Below, piece after piece: positions 63,790-64,000 of a stretch of DNA of 64,000 nt (positions are counted from its first letter, which is position 1; the number at the start of each line of letters is the position of its first letter). The stretch comes from Bugula neritina. Taxonomy: Eukaryota; Animalia; Bryozoa. The translations under genes were made by a program, and so were the position numbers. The stretch lies in NCBI GenBank assembly GCA_964035545.1, contig OZ037770.1, positions 9,926,973 through 9,990,972 of the forward strand. Direction: 5' to 3'. Under the pieces are notes generated by a model. That model was not told the DNA's origin. It did not search any database and saw only the letters and a program-made list of their open reading frames with translations.

Positions 63790-64000
63790 GTGTGTTGCTA
63801 TAGTTACCAGTTGTCACCATAGTTAGCTGTTGGATGCATTACCATAGCTAGTTGTCACTGGTCATGGCTCTTCGTACTATTTAATTTGGCTGTAATATAT
63901 GTTTTAGCTATTGAAATAATGTTTTATTAATTTTAATTTTTAGTTAGTCTTTAGGTAGCATCAATACTGCTGCTTACTAGAAAGATTTTAGTGAAGTTTT

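Overview
AT-rich, intron-dense animal (invertebrate-like) nuclear DNA; I cannot assign the species. Two divergently oriented protein-coding genes, both reconstructed by hand from splice signals. (1) A complete 8-coding-exon RNF14/ARA54-type RBR E3 ubiquitin ligase (RWD-RING1-IBR-RING2, ~471 aa) on the minus strand, 1670-6683. (2) A VPS13A/C-like bridge lipid-transfer gene on the plus strand from 10205, running off the window end (~67 exons, ~3000 codons, phases consistent throughout). An intact tRNA-Gly(TCC) lies antisense in a VPS13 intron. The mobile and repeat fraction comprises: decayed R4/Dong-like RLE non-LTR retrotransposon fragments in (TAA)n tracts; 11 copies of a tRNA-derived SINE; two PIF/Harbinger-type MITEs; a foldback MITE family; several solo hairpins; and many minisatellites. 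Most long ORFs in the supplied track are repeat artefacts or exon fragments. I found no prokaryote-style novel system (no CRISPR array, no operon). The best leads are six frame-preserving VPS13 micro/mini-exons, two FFAT-like motifs, an ~180-aa exon-built loop expansion, an 18-bp minisatellite made of bZIP sites, and repeated retrotransposon targeting of TAA microsatellites.
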